Origin: Tubulanus polymorphus
Lineage: Eukaryota; Animalia; Nemertea
NCBI RefSeq assembly: GCF_964204645.1
Contig: NC_134025.1
Span: forward strand, 2,852,001 to 2,916,000
Direction: 5' to 3'
DNA: 64,000 nt
Part shown: one piece after another, positions 46,576 through 59,300 of the stretch
How the letters are laid out: each line of letters opens with the position of its first letter
Numbering within the stretch: the stretch's first letter is position 1
Notes under the pieces: model-generated
Told to the model about the DNA's origin: nothing
Seen by the model: only the letters and a program-made list of their open reading frames with translations
Databases searched by the model: none
Translations under genes and position numbers: made by a program

Positions 46576-46596
46576 ACATATCCAAACAAAAACCAG

Positions 46597-46631
<35 letters not shown>

Positions 46632-47269
46632 CCAATAGCCAACAAACATTTCAGTGTTATTCCAGTTATTGAACAGTCAGTGTTATGATTATTGCCGTTA
46701 CAGTGTTTCATTTATTTCCTAAAGATTCAACCAAATTCTATGTTTCAAGGCATTCATTGCTTAAGATTCCAATTTTCACTAATCTGTATTGTATTTTAAA
46801 TTGTTTTATTTGTACTTATTTTAAATTTCTTTATTTGTATATAATTTAGAACCATTTTATATTTTTAAGAACGAAATGATATTCGTTTTTTTAAACACGC
46901 CTACAGATCAATTTGATGAATTATTTATCTTGACTATATTTCTCTATGTATTTGACTATATCATATATTGGAACCCAAGCTATTTTGGAAAGGATAACTG
47001 AAGGTCCAGGTTTTATCACTGAATACTCTTTGACACAATTACGTGGTCCACAACGCAGATATAAATAGTGGTTATGTAAAAGGCCCATATATTATAATGT
47101 ATGCATGAAGAGCTTGTACTCATAGTTCATATGAAATGTGATTGAGAACTTTTTCTCATACTTTATTTTATCTTCTTTTCTTGATTTTCCTAGTTTTTAA
47201 AGATATTTTTAGTTTGTCAGTGAGTTTATTGTCTTCACTTTTTGATTTCAGTTTATTTGTTTATTGTGT

Positions 47270-47600
47270 TTAGATCTAGTTATTTAAGTCTATTCAGGGC
47301 TATTTATTTATGTATATTTCTAGTTATCCAAGTATATTTAGATCTAGTTATTTAAGTCTATTTAGGTCTAGTCATTTTAGTCTAGTTATTTAAGCATATT
47401 TAGGTCTTGTTATTTGAGTCTAGGCCAGGTTATTTAATAAGTCTATTTAGGCCAAGTCTATTTAAGTCTAGTTATTTTAGACTAGTTATTTAAGTGTAAT
47501 TGAGTCTAGTTATTTTAGTCTAGTTATTTAAGTGTATTTAAGTCTTGTTATTTAAGTTTGTTTAGGTCAAGTTATATGATTGTTTTAAGTTTAGTTATTA
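47270..47600. repeat. Degenerate ~14-bp repeat (tctagttatttaag)n
   Basis: Recurrent tctagttattt / gtctatttag motifs. Confidence 0.7.
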
Positions 47601-47689
47601 AAGGTATGAAGTCATTTGTTTCTAGGGTTCCGGATAAACAAGTTTTCATCATTGATAAAATTACTTTTGGGATCATCAATAAAATACAT

Positions 47690-50210
47690 TAATGTTAACT
47701 CATCAGATATTTTTAATCAAGATAGAATATTGTTAGGTTATTTTTTATTGTTTTATGAACTGAGGGTAAATTTGTCATTGATAGAATTACTCTCGGGATC
47801 ATCAGTAATATACATTTATAGGAACGCTTCATCAGATTTATTTTTCTGAATTTTCAAAAATTAGTTTTATTGAAACAGTTTGTAATAGACTTTTTTCTTT
47901 TTTGAACTGAGGGTAAATTTGTCATTGATAGAATTACTCTCGGGATCATCAGTAATATACATTTATAGGTACGCTTCATCAGATTTCTCTTATTGAATTT
48001 TCAAAAAAATAGTTTTATTGAAACAGATTCGAATAGAATTTTATTATTTGCTTTTGTAAAATGAAGATGAAATTATGTTTATAATGGAGATTGATAAGCT
48101 TTTTCCGATCATGATAGAATTCTGGTTTTTTATTGTTTTATGAACTGAGGGTAAATTTGTCATTGATAGAATTATTCTCAGGATCATCAGTAAAATATAT
48201 TAATTATATAGTTAGTAGGATTATCAGTAAAATATATTCAAAGTAAAATTGATCAGTTTGAATCATGATAAATTATGTTGCGAGGTTATTTTTATTGTTT
48301 TATGAACTGAGGGTAAATTTTTCATTGATAGAATTACTCTCAGGTCATTAGTAAAATTCATAAATTATAAAGTTAGTAGGATTAACACTAGAATATATTT
48401 AAAACAAAATTGATCAGTTTAAATCATAATAGAATATTGGTAGGTCATTTTTATTATTCTATGAACTGAGGGTAAATTTGTCATTGATAGAATTACTCTC
48501 AGGTCATAAGTAAAATTCATAAATCATAAATTTAGAAGGATTATCAGTCAAATATATTTATAGTAAAATTGATCAGTTTTAATCATAATAGAATATTGGT
48601 AGGTCATTTTTATTATTCTATGAACTGAGGGTAAATTTGTCATTGATAGAATTACTCTCAGGTCATAAGTAAAATTCATAAATTATAAATTTAGAAGGAT
48701 TATCAGTCAAATATATTTATAGTAAAATTGATCAGTTTTAATCATGATAGAATACTGTTAGGTTATCATTATTGTTTTATGAACTGAGGGTAAATTTGTC
48801 ATTGATAGAATTACTCTCAGGTCATAAGTAAAATTCATAAATCATAAATTTAGAAGGATTATTAGTAAAATATATTTATAGTAAAATTGATCAGTTTTAA
48901 TCATGATAGAATATTGGTAGGTTATTTTTATTATTCTATGAACTGAGGGTAAATTTGTCATTGATAGAATTACTCTCAGGTCATCAGTAAAATTCATAAA
49001 TTATAAAGTTAGTAGGATTAACACTAGAATATATTTAAAACAAAATTGATCAGTTTTAATCATGATAGAATACTGTTAGGTTATTTTTATTGTTTTATGA
49101 ACTGATGGTAAATTTGTCATTGATAGAATTACTCTCAGGTCATAAGTAAAATTCATAAATTATAAATTTAGAAGGATTATCAGTAAAATATATTTATAGT
49201 AAAATTGATCAGTTTTAATCATGATAGAATATTGGTAGGTTATTTTTATTGTTTTATGAACTGAGGGTAAATTTGTCATTGATAGAATTACTCTCAGGAT
49301 CATCAGTAAAATATATTAATTATATAGTTAGTAGGATTATCAGTAAAATATATTCAAAGTAAAATTGATAAGTTTGAATCATGATAGAATATGTTGCGAG
49401 GTTATTTTTATTGTTTTATGAACTGAGGGTAAATTTTTCATTGATAGAATTACTCTCAGGTCATAAGTAAAATTCATAAATCATAAATTTAGAAGGATTA
49501 TTAGTAAAATATATTTATAGTAAAATTGATCAGTTTTAATCATGATAGAATATTGGTAGGTTATTTTTATTATTCTATGAACTGAGGGTAAATTTGTCAT
49601 TGATAGAATTACTCTCAGGTCATAAGTAAAATTCATAAATTATAAAGTTAGTAGGATTAACACTAGAATATATTTAAAACAAAATTGATCAGTTTTAATC
49701 ATGATAGAATACTGTTAGGTTATTTTTATTGTTTTATGAACTGAGGGTAAATTTGTCATTGATAGAATTACTCTCAGGTCATAAGTAAAATTCATAAATT
49801 ATAAATTTAGAAGGATTATCAGTAAAATATGTTTATAGTAAAATTGATCAGTTTTAATCATGATAGAATATTGGTAGGTTATTTTTATTATTCTATGAAC
49901 TGAGGGTAAATTTGTCATTGATAGAATTACTCTCAGGTCATCAGTAAAATTCATAAATTATAAAGTTAGTAGGATTAACACTAGAATATATTTAAAACAA
50001 AATTGACCAGTTTTAATCATGATAGAATACTGTTAGGTTATTTTTATTGTTTTATGAACTGAGGGTAAATTTTTCATTGATAGAATTACTCTCAGTTCAT
50101 CAGTAAAATAATGATAAAGTTTTATATGTTTTTTTTAATCATGATAGAATACGGTTAGGTTTTTTTTTATGATTGATGAACTGAGGGTAAATTTTGTCAT
50201 TAACAGAATT
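47690..50210. repeat. 159-bp AT-rich satellite array
   Basis: atgaactga(g/t)ggtaaattt recurs at 48461, 48620, 48779, 48938, 49097 and 49256 (period 159). About 15 copies including degenerate edges. Confidence 0.95.
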
Positions 50211-51174
50211 TTAGATATCAGTTTTTTATTTCTATGTGTGGGATTCATCTTGGGTGAATTTTTCTAGGATATGATTTGTATATAAGATAGATTGTAACTG
50301 AAGGAAAGAATAGATTTTTAATCATTTAGGAAGATAGGGAAATGAAAAAATGATTTTTCTAGTTTTTTAGGTTTATTATTTTATCCTAACTTCTATGGGG
50401 TTCTTCTTTAAAGTTTTTTTTCTCAAATATTTCTTTTGATCTTCTTGAACCTTTAAGCACATATAGACTATTGCATTCACTTTTTTGCCTATCGTCTTCT
50501 ATCCATAGACAGAATCCAGTTTTGTGGGAAGAGGCTTCAACAGATCGTCATGACTTTTGGTTTATACATGTTCCCTAGACACCAAAAGAAGGCCCAAACA
50601 GAATCAATATGGCCAACGGGCAGTGATTATTGTTCACCAAAATCAGATTTTTAAATTTTACTAGGGATATTTTAGAGATGCTTCACCCAATTTGATTGAT
50701 GTTTCTTATATATGCATGCCCGTAGTGCCCATGTTTTAACAGGTTTTAACATCTTGTCTTGATAATTTGCTAATTCGTAGCATTCTCATTGGACACATCT
50801 CCATACGTGGAATTGGGGTTAGCCTAATATTGAATTGTATGAAATTGTTCCATTTATATTGGTATTCGTTCTAATATTGCGATGAGTTTAAAGGCCATTG
50901 GTTTCTGTATGTGTTCACCGGGCGCATAGTCAGATTGTCTAGCATTTCATCCAAAGGGCATGGTGTCCCTGGACCACTAGTGTCACCACTTTTAAGGTTC
51001 TCAAACACATTTCATATAAACAGCTATATTTATTGAATGAAACTATTTTAACCTTTTTTCATTTTCATATATTCCCGATAATCTTTCATGTTTCACTTAT
51101 TTCTCTTTAGTCTTTAGTTGCACAATGTATTGTCGTGGCTGTGGCCTGCCCATCCGTCCACATTAATAGTGGCA

Positions 51175-51665
51175 CTTAAGATGGCTAACTGGCAGCCAGA
51201 TTTGATAGTTAAAACTATTATTTAGTTTAGTACTCAAAATCATTATTACCATGGAAAAGATGTAGGGTGCTAAGTGAAGCATTAGTTACATGCATGCTCA
51301 AGAAGGCTGACTGGCAGCCATATTTAATTCTCAAAACTTTAGGGGTTTAGTTTGAATAAGTTAGAGTGCTATGGTAATGATTGATATTCATTTTGGCTAT
51401 GAAGTCTGAACCAAGATGGCTGACTGGCAGCAATGTTTACACATACTGTTGATTTATCATTTTCAAGGAAAAGGTGTAAGGTACCACAATGGTTGAAATC
51501 ACACTAAAATGGCTGACCTGTGGTCATATTGGTTGTAAAGCTTAACTGGTGACCATATCAGATTTCATTATCTTATTTTCATTTTAAAAATGGCTGACTG
51601 GTGGCTGAATTGGATTTATCTTCTTTTCATTTTCACAATCAAGATGGCTGACTGGTAGCCGTATT
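51175..51665. repeat. Clustered dispersed motif aagatggctgactggcagcc (transposon-derived repeat remnant)
   Basis: About 6 variants at ~51178, 51302, 51414, 51507, 51588 and 51641, separated by dissimilar spacers. Confidence 0.6.
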
Positions 51666-52370
51666 GAATTTCAGTAATCTCCTGTGTCTCATATGCACTT
51701 GTTTTCTGCATACAATTTTTTCTATCGCTCTTCTCTACTACCTGCAGCTTTCTCATTCAATAAATATCAATGTACATATCAACACACAATAAGCCAAACA
51801 TTATAGGTGGCATTATCATTGGGAGGTGCACCTGGCCTTATATACCGCGCGGTAAAAACCACTCTTTCTGTGATTGTGTAGTACCAGTAATTGATGATCA
51901 TCGAGTGAGTGATTGGCCTGGCACAGTTATTCTAAACTCGCTTGGGCTTTTATTATTATAGGTAAATAATGATGAAAACTAGAAATTTAGATATTTCATC
52001 AAATTGACACATTTTATCTGTACTAACACTACTTGTACATATTGTAAAATTGTAAATAGTCGTTGGTTTTTATTTGTACATTTTTTATTTTTTTATTGAT
52101 TATAATTTTTACTTGTAAATATACTTTTTAGGTATCTTTAAAACTTTTGGATTTTAAATGTTATCTTAAAACCTTTTAATTTTCTTAACTAGATAATATC
52201 TACACGTCGATTTAAGCTATTTTAGCCCAGATTTTTAATACAGTTTAGTCCACATTTTCATAAATTGCTTTATTACAATTTTTTTTAATACAACCATAAG
52301 AATTCATTCAATCTTGGCTTTATACTTTTACCAGTGTTTTAAAATTGTCCTGTGGTACGACGTTAAACTG

Positions 52371-52462
<92 letters not shown>

Positions 52463-53046
52463 TCCCTCTCCCTCTCCCTCTCCCTCTCCCTCTCCCTCCC
52501 CCTCCCCCTCCCCCTCCCCCTCCCCCTCCCCCTCCCCCTCCCCCTCCCCCTCCCCCTCCTCTCCCCCTCCCCCTCCTCTCCCCCTCCCCCTCCCCCTCCC
52601 CCTCCCCCTCCCCCTCCCCCTCCCTCTCCCTCTCCCTCTCCCTCTCCCTCTCCCTCTCCCTCTCCCTCTCCCTCTCCCTCCCCCTCCCCCTCCCCCTCCC
52701 CCTCCCCCTCCCCTCCCCCTCCCTCTCCCCTCCCCCTCCCCCTCCCCTCCCCCCTCCCTCTCCCCTCCCCCTCCCCCTCCCCCTCCCCCTCCCCCTCCCT
52801 CTCCCTCATCCCCCTCATCCCCCTCCCCTCTCCCCCTCCCCTCCCCTCTCCTCCCCTCCTCTCCTCTCTCTCCTCTCCTCTCTCTCCTCTCCTCTCTCTC
52901 CTCTCCTCCCTCTCCTCTCCTCCCTCTCCTCTCTCTCTCCTCTCTCCTCTCTCTCTCCTCTCTCTCTCCTCTCCTCTCTCTCCTCTCCTCTCTCTCCTCT
53001 CCTCTCTCCTCCCTCCTCTCCCTCTCCTCTCTCTCCTCTCTCTCTG
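52371..53046. repeat. ~675-bp polypyrimidine tract: (CT)n, (CCCTCT)n, (CCCCCT)n, then mixed
   Basis: Nearly pure C/T on the + strand, followed by (gat)n at ~53056-53080. Confidence 0.97.
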
Positions 53047-53239
53047 GTTTGGTTTGATGATGATGATGATGATGATGATGCTGGTAATACCGGTAATACC
53101 GAATTTATACTGAACAGCAGTTAAGAAGATTTCCATTTGACACAGTATAAGATACCTCTAGTGGATTTGTCTTAAGAGACATCGATAAGAATACTCTTTC
53201 CTTGAGCAACTATCACAGTATTTAAGCCTAAGGTACAAA

Positions 53240-54750
53240 TCTAAGACTGCTTATGGAATAGGTCTAGTGTAAGAGTGCTTATGGGATAGGTCTAAGTGTA
53301 AGACTGCTTGTAGGATAGGTCTAAGTGTAAGACTACTAACACTGCTTGCGGAATAGGTCTAAGTGTAAAACTACTAAGGCTGCTCGAGGGATAGGTCTTA
53401 AGTGTAAGACTACTAAGACTGCTCGCGGGATAGGTCTAAGTGTAAGACTTCTAAGACTGCTTGCGGAATAGGTCTAAGTGTAAGACTACTAAGACTGCTT
53501 GCGGAATAGGTCTAAGTGTAAGACTTCTAAGACTGCTTGTAGGATAGGTGTTAGTGTAAGACTTCTAAGACTGCTTGTAGGATAGGTCTAAGTGTAAGAC
53601 CTCTAAGGCTGCTCGCGGGATAGGTCTAAGTGTAAGACTACTACGACTGCTTGTAGGATAGGTCTAAGTGTAAGACTTCTAAGACTGCTTGCGGGATAGG
53701 TCTAAGTGTAAGACTACTAAGACTGCTTGCGGAATAGGTCTAAGTGTAAGACTACTAAGACTGCTTGCGGGATAGGTCTAAGTGTAAGACTACTAAGACT
53801 GCTTGCGGAATAGGTCTAAGTGTAAGACTTCTAAGACTGCTTGCGGGATAGGTCTAAGTGTAAGACTACTAAGACTGCTTGCGGGATAGGTCTAAGTGTA
53901 AGACTACTAAGACTGCTTGCGGGATAGGTCTAAGTGTAAGACTACTACGACTGCTTGCGGGATAGGTCTAAGTGTAAGACTTCTAAGACTGCTTGCGGGA
54001 TAGGTTTAAGTGTAAGACTACTAAGACTGCTTGTAGGATAGGTCTAAGTGTAAGACTTCTAAGACTGCTTGCGGGATAGGTCTAAGTGTAAGACTACTAA
54101 GACTGCTTGCGGGATAGGTCTAAGTGTAAGACTACTAGGACTGCTTGCGGGATAGGTCTAAGTGTAAGACTACTACGACTGCTTGCGGGATAGGTCTAAG
54201 TGTAAGACTTCTAAGACTGCTTGCGGGATAGGTCTAAGTGTAAGACTACTAAGACTGCTTGCGGGATAGGTCTAAATGTTAGACTACTAAGACTGCTTAT
54301 GGGATAGGTCTAAGTGTAAGACTACTAAGACTGCTTGCGGGATAGGTCTAAGTGTAAGACTACTAAGACTGCTTGTAGGATAGGTCTAAGTGTAAAACTT
54401 CTAAGACTGCTTGCGGAATAGGTCTAAGTGTAAGACTACTAAGACTGCTTGTAGGATAGGTCTAAGTGTAAAACTTCTAAGACTGCTTGCGGAATAGGTC
54501 TAAGTGTAAGACTACTAAGACTGCTTGTAGGATAGGTCTAAGTGTAAGACTACTAAGACTGCTTGTAGGATAGGTCTAAGTCTAAGACTTCTAAGACTGC
54601 TTGCGGGATAGGTCTAAGTGTAAGACTGCTAAGACTGCTTGCGGGATAGGTCTAAGTGTAAGACTTCTAAGACTGCTTGCGGGATAGGTCTAAGTGTAAG
54701 ACTTCTAAGACTGCTTATGGGATAGGTCTAAGTCTTAAGACTTCCAAGAC
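53240..54750. repeat. 38-bp minisatellite (ctaagactgcttgcgggataggtctaagtgtaagacta)n
   Basis: About 40 tandem copies with a period of 38. Confidence 0.96.
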
Positions 54751-54819
54751 TAAACATAGTGTTGTAATACATGGTGTTGCTATGTAACGCTATGTAAATT
54801 GCTGTTAAGTTCAGCTATC

Positions 54820-55385
54820 TTGAAACATTGATACATGTGCACTGAAACATTGATACATGTGCACTGAAACATTGATACATGTGCACTGAAACATTGATAT
54901 GTATACTGATATGGTGGCTTGTTCTACCTCCCCTTCCTAGGGGTGATGTCACTGTTCAATAACTGATACTGGCTTGTTGATGTGACCTTCTTTGCTCTTT
55001 GATATCTGAAATAGGTATAAGACAATAATTGATATGAAATAATGATAGATATAGAATAATATATTAAATAATAATAGGTATGAAATGATAATAGGAATAG
55101 AATGATAATAGGCTTAGTAAAATAATTATAATTTGTTTGAAATAATATTTCTCCTTGATTATTGTTGTATGGTAGTTGCTTCTACATCAACTTATCAACT
55201 TCACTGAATGATGCTGATAGCTGCTGTGGAGTTCAGCCATCTTGAAACATTGATACATGTACTGAAACATTGATACATGTACTGAAACATAGATACATGT
55301 ACTGAGACAGTGATACATGCACTGACACATTGATACATGTACTGAAACATAGATACATGTACTGAAACAGTGATACACATACTGA
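54820..55385. repeat. Two related short arrays of actgaaacattgatacatgt(gc): 22-bp units at ~54820-54905 and 20-bp units at ~55243-55385
   Basis: Directly visible tandem copies within a diverged local duplication. Confidence 0.8.
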
Positions 55386-55635
55386 TTTGGTGGTACGTTT
55401 TATCTCCTCTCCTCTGCTTTTAGGGATATGATAAATGTCAATGTTCAATAACTATGATACTGGCTAGTTGATGTGACCTCACACTTTTAATACATATATT
55501 AAATGAATAATAGGTATGAAATAATAAGGTATACTAAAAGAATTATGAATTTTCTCCTCCTCCTCCTCCATCCTAGGGATGATGTTGAGATTTGGGATCT
55601 CCTATCTACTCGTTCTTGAAATTTCGAGTACAAGA

Positions 55636-56322
55636 GACTCAAAACACTGATTGCTGCCTGTTCCAAATACTGCTGATTACTGCTGAAATGAATTTCCAAT
55701 TCGCATTATCATCAACGTTAATTCTCAGTGACTCAAAACACTGATTGCTGCCTTTTCCAAATACTGCTGATTACTGCTGAAATGAATTTCCAATTTGCAT
55801 TATCATCAACGTTAATTCTCAGTGACTCAAAACACTGATTGCTGCCTCTTCCAAATACTGCTGATTACTGCTGAAATGAATTTCCAATTCGCATTATCAT
55901 CAACGTTGATTGTCAGTGACTTAGAACATCGATTGCTGCCTCTTTCAAATACTGCTGATTACTGCTGAAATGAATTTCCAATCCGCATTATCATCAACGT
56001 TAATTGTCAGTGACTCAAAACACTGATTGCTGCCACTTCCAAATACTGCTGAATGCCAGTGTCCTAAAACATTGATTGCTGCCTCTCCCAAATACTGCTG
56101 ATTACTGCTGAAAAGAATTTCCAATCCGCATTATCATCAACGTTAATTGTCAGTGACTCAAAACACTGATTGCTGCCACTTCCAAATACTGCTGATTGCC
56201 AGTGACCTAAAACATTGATTGCTGCCTCTCCCAAATACTGCTGATTACTGCTGAAATTAATTCCAATTCGCATTGTCATTGACGTTAATCGTCAGTGACT
56301 TAAAACTCTGATTGCTGCCTCT
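55636..56322. repeat. 94-bp tandem repeat
   Basis: gactcaaaacactgattgctgcc at 55636, 55730 and 55824, with later variants including truncated units. Confidence 0.9.
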
Positions 56323-56325
56323 TTA

Positions 56326-59300
56326 TGAAAGTTAACTTTTACAAAACACTGATACACTCTGTTTTGGGTGATATTGAGTTCAGGAGTCTCCTCCTTCCTT
56401 CTTCAACACTGTCATGTAGAAATGTGACAAAACAAACTGGATTGTCCTCCTGGTGTCTTACCTGATGACCTCCTTTAATACTGCTGCTTGCTGCTGGGTG
56501 TTATTTAATACATTCTGTTTTGGGATGATATTGAGTTCAGGAGTCTCCTCCTTCCTTCTTCAACTGTCATGTAGAAACGTGACAAACAAACTGAATTGTC
56601 AGTGTGTTACATCACTGATGACCTCCTTTAATACTGCTCGTTGCTGCTGGGTGGTAATTCTTACCTCCATCCCTTACCTTCTTGAATTATTACATTAAAC
56701 ATTATCACAATAAAAATTATTACATTAAACATTATTACATCATGAATTGTTACATAATTACATTATCAAATTACACATTATGGCCATCTAAAAAGCTGGC
56801 ATGTTCCTTCTCCGTGTTAATCATTCCACTTTTTTAGGGGTGATATTGAGTTCAGGAGCCTCCTTCCTTCTTCAACTGTCATGTAGAAATGTGACAAACT
56901 GAATTGTCCTCCTGATGTCCAACCTGATTATCTCCTTAAAACTGCTGCTTGCTGATGCATGTTAATTAAAACACTCTGTTTTGGGGTGATGTATTGCGTT
57001 AAGGAGTCTCCTCCTTCCTTCTTCAACTGTCATGTAGAAACGTGACAAACAAACTGAACTGTCAGTGTGTAACAACACTGATGACCTCCTTTAATACTGC
57101 TGCTTGCTGCTGGGTGTTAATTAAAACGCTCTGTTTTGGGTTGATATTGAGTTAAGGAGTCTCCTCCTTCCTTCTTCAACTGTCATGTAGAAACATGACA
57201 AACAAACTGCATTGTCAGTGTGTTACAACACTGATGAACTCCTTTAATACTACTGCTTGCTGGTGGTGTTAATTGATACACTGTTTTGGGTTGATATTGA
57301 GTTCAGGAGTCTTCTCCTTCCTTCTTCAACTGTCACAGAAACGTGACAAACGAACTGAATTGTCAGTGCGTTACATCACTGAGGGCCTCCTTTAATACTG
57401 CTGCTTGCTGCTGGGTGTTAATTAGCACACTCAGTTTTGCGACTTAACGTTTTAAATGTATTAATATTCAAAGGAGCTATCCGTCGATAGCTTTGTGGTG
57501 GTTGTATCATTGAAATGTCGCTGGTGTTGGTTCTGTGTATATATTGTAATATATATCGGTGAATTGGGATTGATTTTTATGTTTCCTGATCGTCATTATA
57601 ACGACTTAACGTTTTAAATCTATAAATATTCAAAGGAGCTATCCATCGATAGCTTTGTGGTGGTTGTATCATTAAAATGTCGCTGGTGTTGGTTCTGTGT
57701 ATATATTGTAATATATGTCGGTGAATTGGGATTGATTGTTATGTTTCCTGATCTTCATTATAACGACTTAACGTTTTAAATGTATAAATATTCAAAGGAG
57801 CTATCCATCGATAGCTTTGTGGTGGTTGTATCATTGAAATGTCGCTGGTGTTGGTTTTGTGTATATATGGTAAAATATGTCGGTGGATTGGGATTGATTG
57901 TTGTATTTCCTGATCATCCTTATTGCGACTTAACGTTTTAAATGTATAAATATTCAAAGGAGCTATCCATCGATAGCTTTGTGGTGGTTGTATCATTGAA
58001 ATTCCTCGTTTAGTGTTCAAAAACACTGTGGGTGAAATACTGGTAAATTGGTGGTGATGAAATTTAAGTGTTACACCAAACTGTGGGTGAATTACTGCTA
58101 AATCATTTGGTGGTGATGAAAGCTAAGTGTTACAAAACACAGGGGATGAATTACTGCTAAATCAATTGGTTGTGATGAAAGTTAAGTGTTACAAAACACT
58201 GATACACTCTGTTTTGGGGTGATATTGAGTTCAGGAGTCTCCTCCTTCCTTCTTCAACTGTCATGTAGAAATGTGACAAACAAACTGAATTGTTCTCCTG
58301 GTGTCTTACCTGATGACCTCCTTTAATACTGCTGCTTGCTGCTGGGTGTTATTTAATACACTCTGTTTTGGGATGATAATGAGTTCAGGAGTCTCCTCCT
58401 TCCTTCTTCAACTGTCACTAGAAACGTGACAAACAAACTGAATTGTCAGTGTGATACAACACTGATGGCCTCCTTTAATACTGCTTGTTGCTGCTGGGTG
58501 TTAATTCTTACCTCCTTCCCTTACCTTCTTGAATTATTACATTAAACATTATCACAATAAAAATTATTACATTAAACATTATTACATCATGAATTGTTAC
58601 ATAATTACATTATCAAATTACACATTATGGCCATCTAAAAAGCTGGCAAGTTCCTTCTCCATGTTAATCATTCCACTTTTTTAGGGGTGATATTGAGTTC
58701 AGGAGTCTCCTCCTTCCTCCTTCAACTGTCATATAGAAATGTGACTAAACAAACTGAATTGTCATCCTGATGTCCAACCTGATGATCTCCTTTAATACTG
58801 CTGCTTGCTGCTGGCTCTGTTTTGGGGTGATATATTGAGTTAAGGAGTCTCCTCCTTCCTTCTTCAAGTGTCACGTAGAAACGTGACAAACAAACTGAAT
58901 TGTCAGTGTGATACAACACTGATGACCTCCTTTAATACTGCTCGTTGCTGCTTGGTGGTAATTCTTACCTCCTTCCCTTACGTAATCACAATAAAAATTA
59001 TTACATTAAACATTATTACATCATGAATTGTTACATAATTACATTATCAAATTACACATTATGGCCATCTAAAAAGCTGCCATGTTCCTTCTCGTTGTTA
59101 ATCATTCCACTTTTTAGGGGTGATATTGAGTTCAGGAGTCTCCTCCTTCCTTCTTCAACTGTCATGTAGAAATGTGACAAACAAACTGAATTGTCCTCCT
59201 GATGTCCAACCTGATGATCTCCTTTAATACTGCTGCTTGCTGGTGCATGTTAATTAAAACACTCTGTTTTGGGGTGATATATTGAGTTAAGGAGTCTCCT

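Noticed and set aside
51175-51665. Repeat-spacer array of aagatggctgactggcagcc as a novel CRISPR-like locus
   Set aside because: Spacing is irregular and the repeats are degenerate. It resembles the common aagatggc-containing internal repeats of invertebrate non-autonomous transposons.
52314-53136. Three ~250-aa ORFs (poly-LS, poly-P, RE/GE-rich)
   Set aside because: They are translations of the C/T microsatellite tract, which cannot contain stop codons. No splice or domain support.
53240-54750. CRISPR-like appearance of the 28-38-bp periodic repeats (also 37961-38283, 43587-43915, 45120-46575)
   Set aside because: Units are head-to-tail with no unique spacers, there are no cas genes, and the context is eukaryotic.
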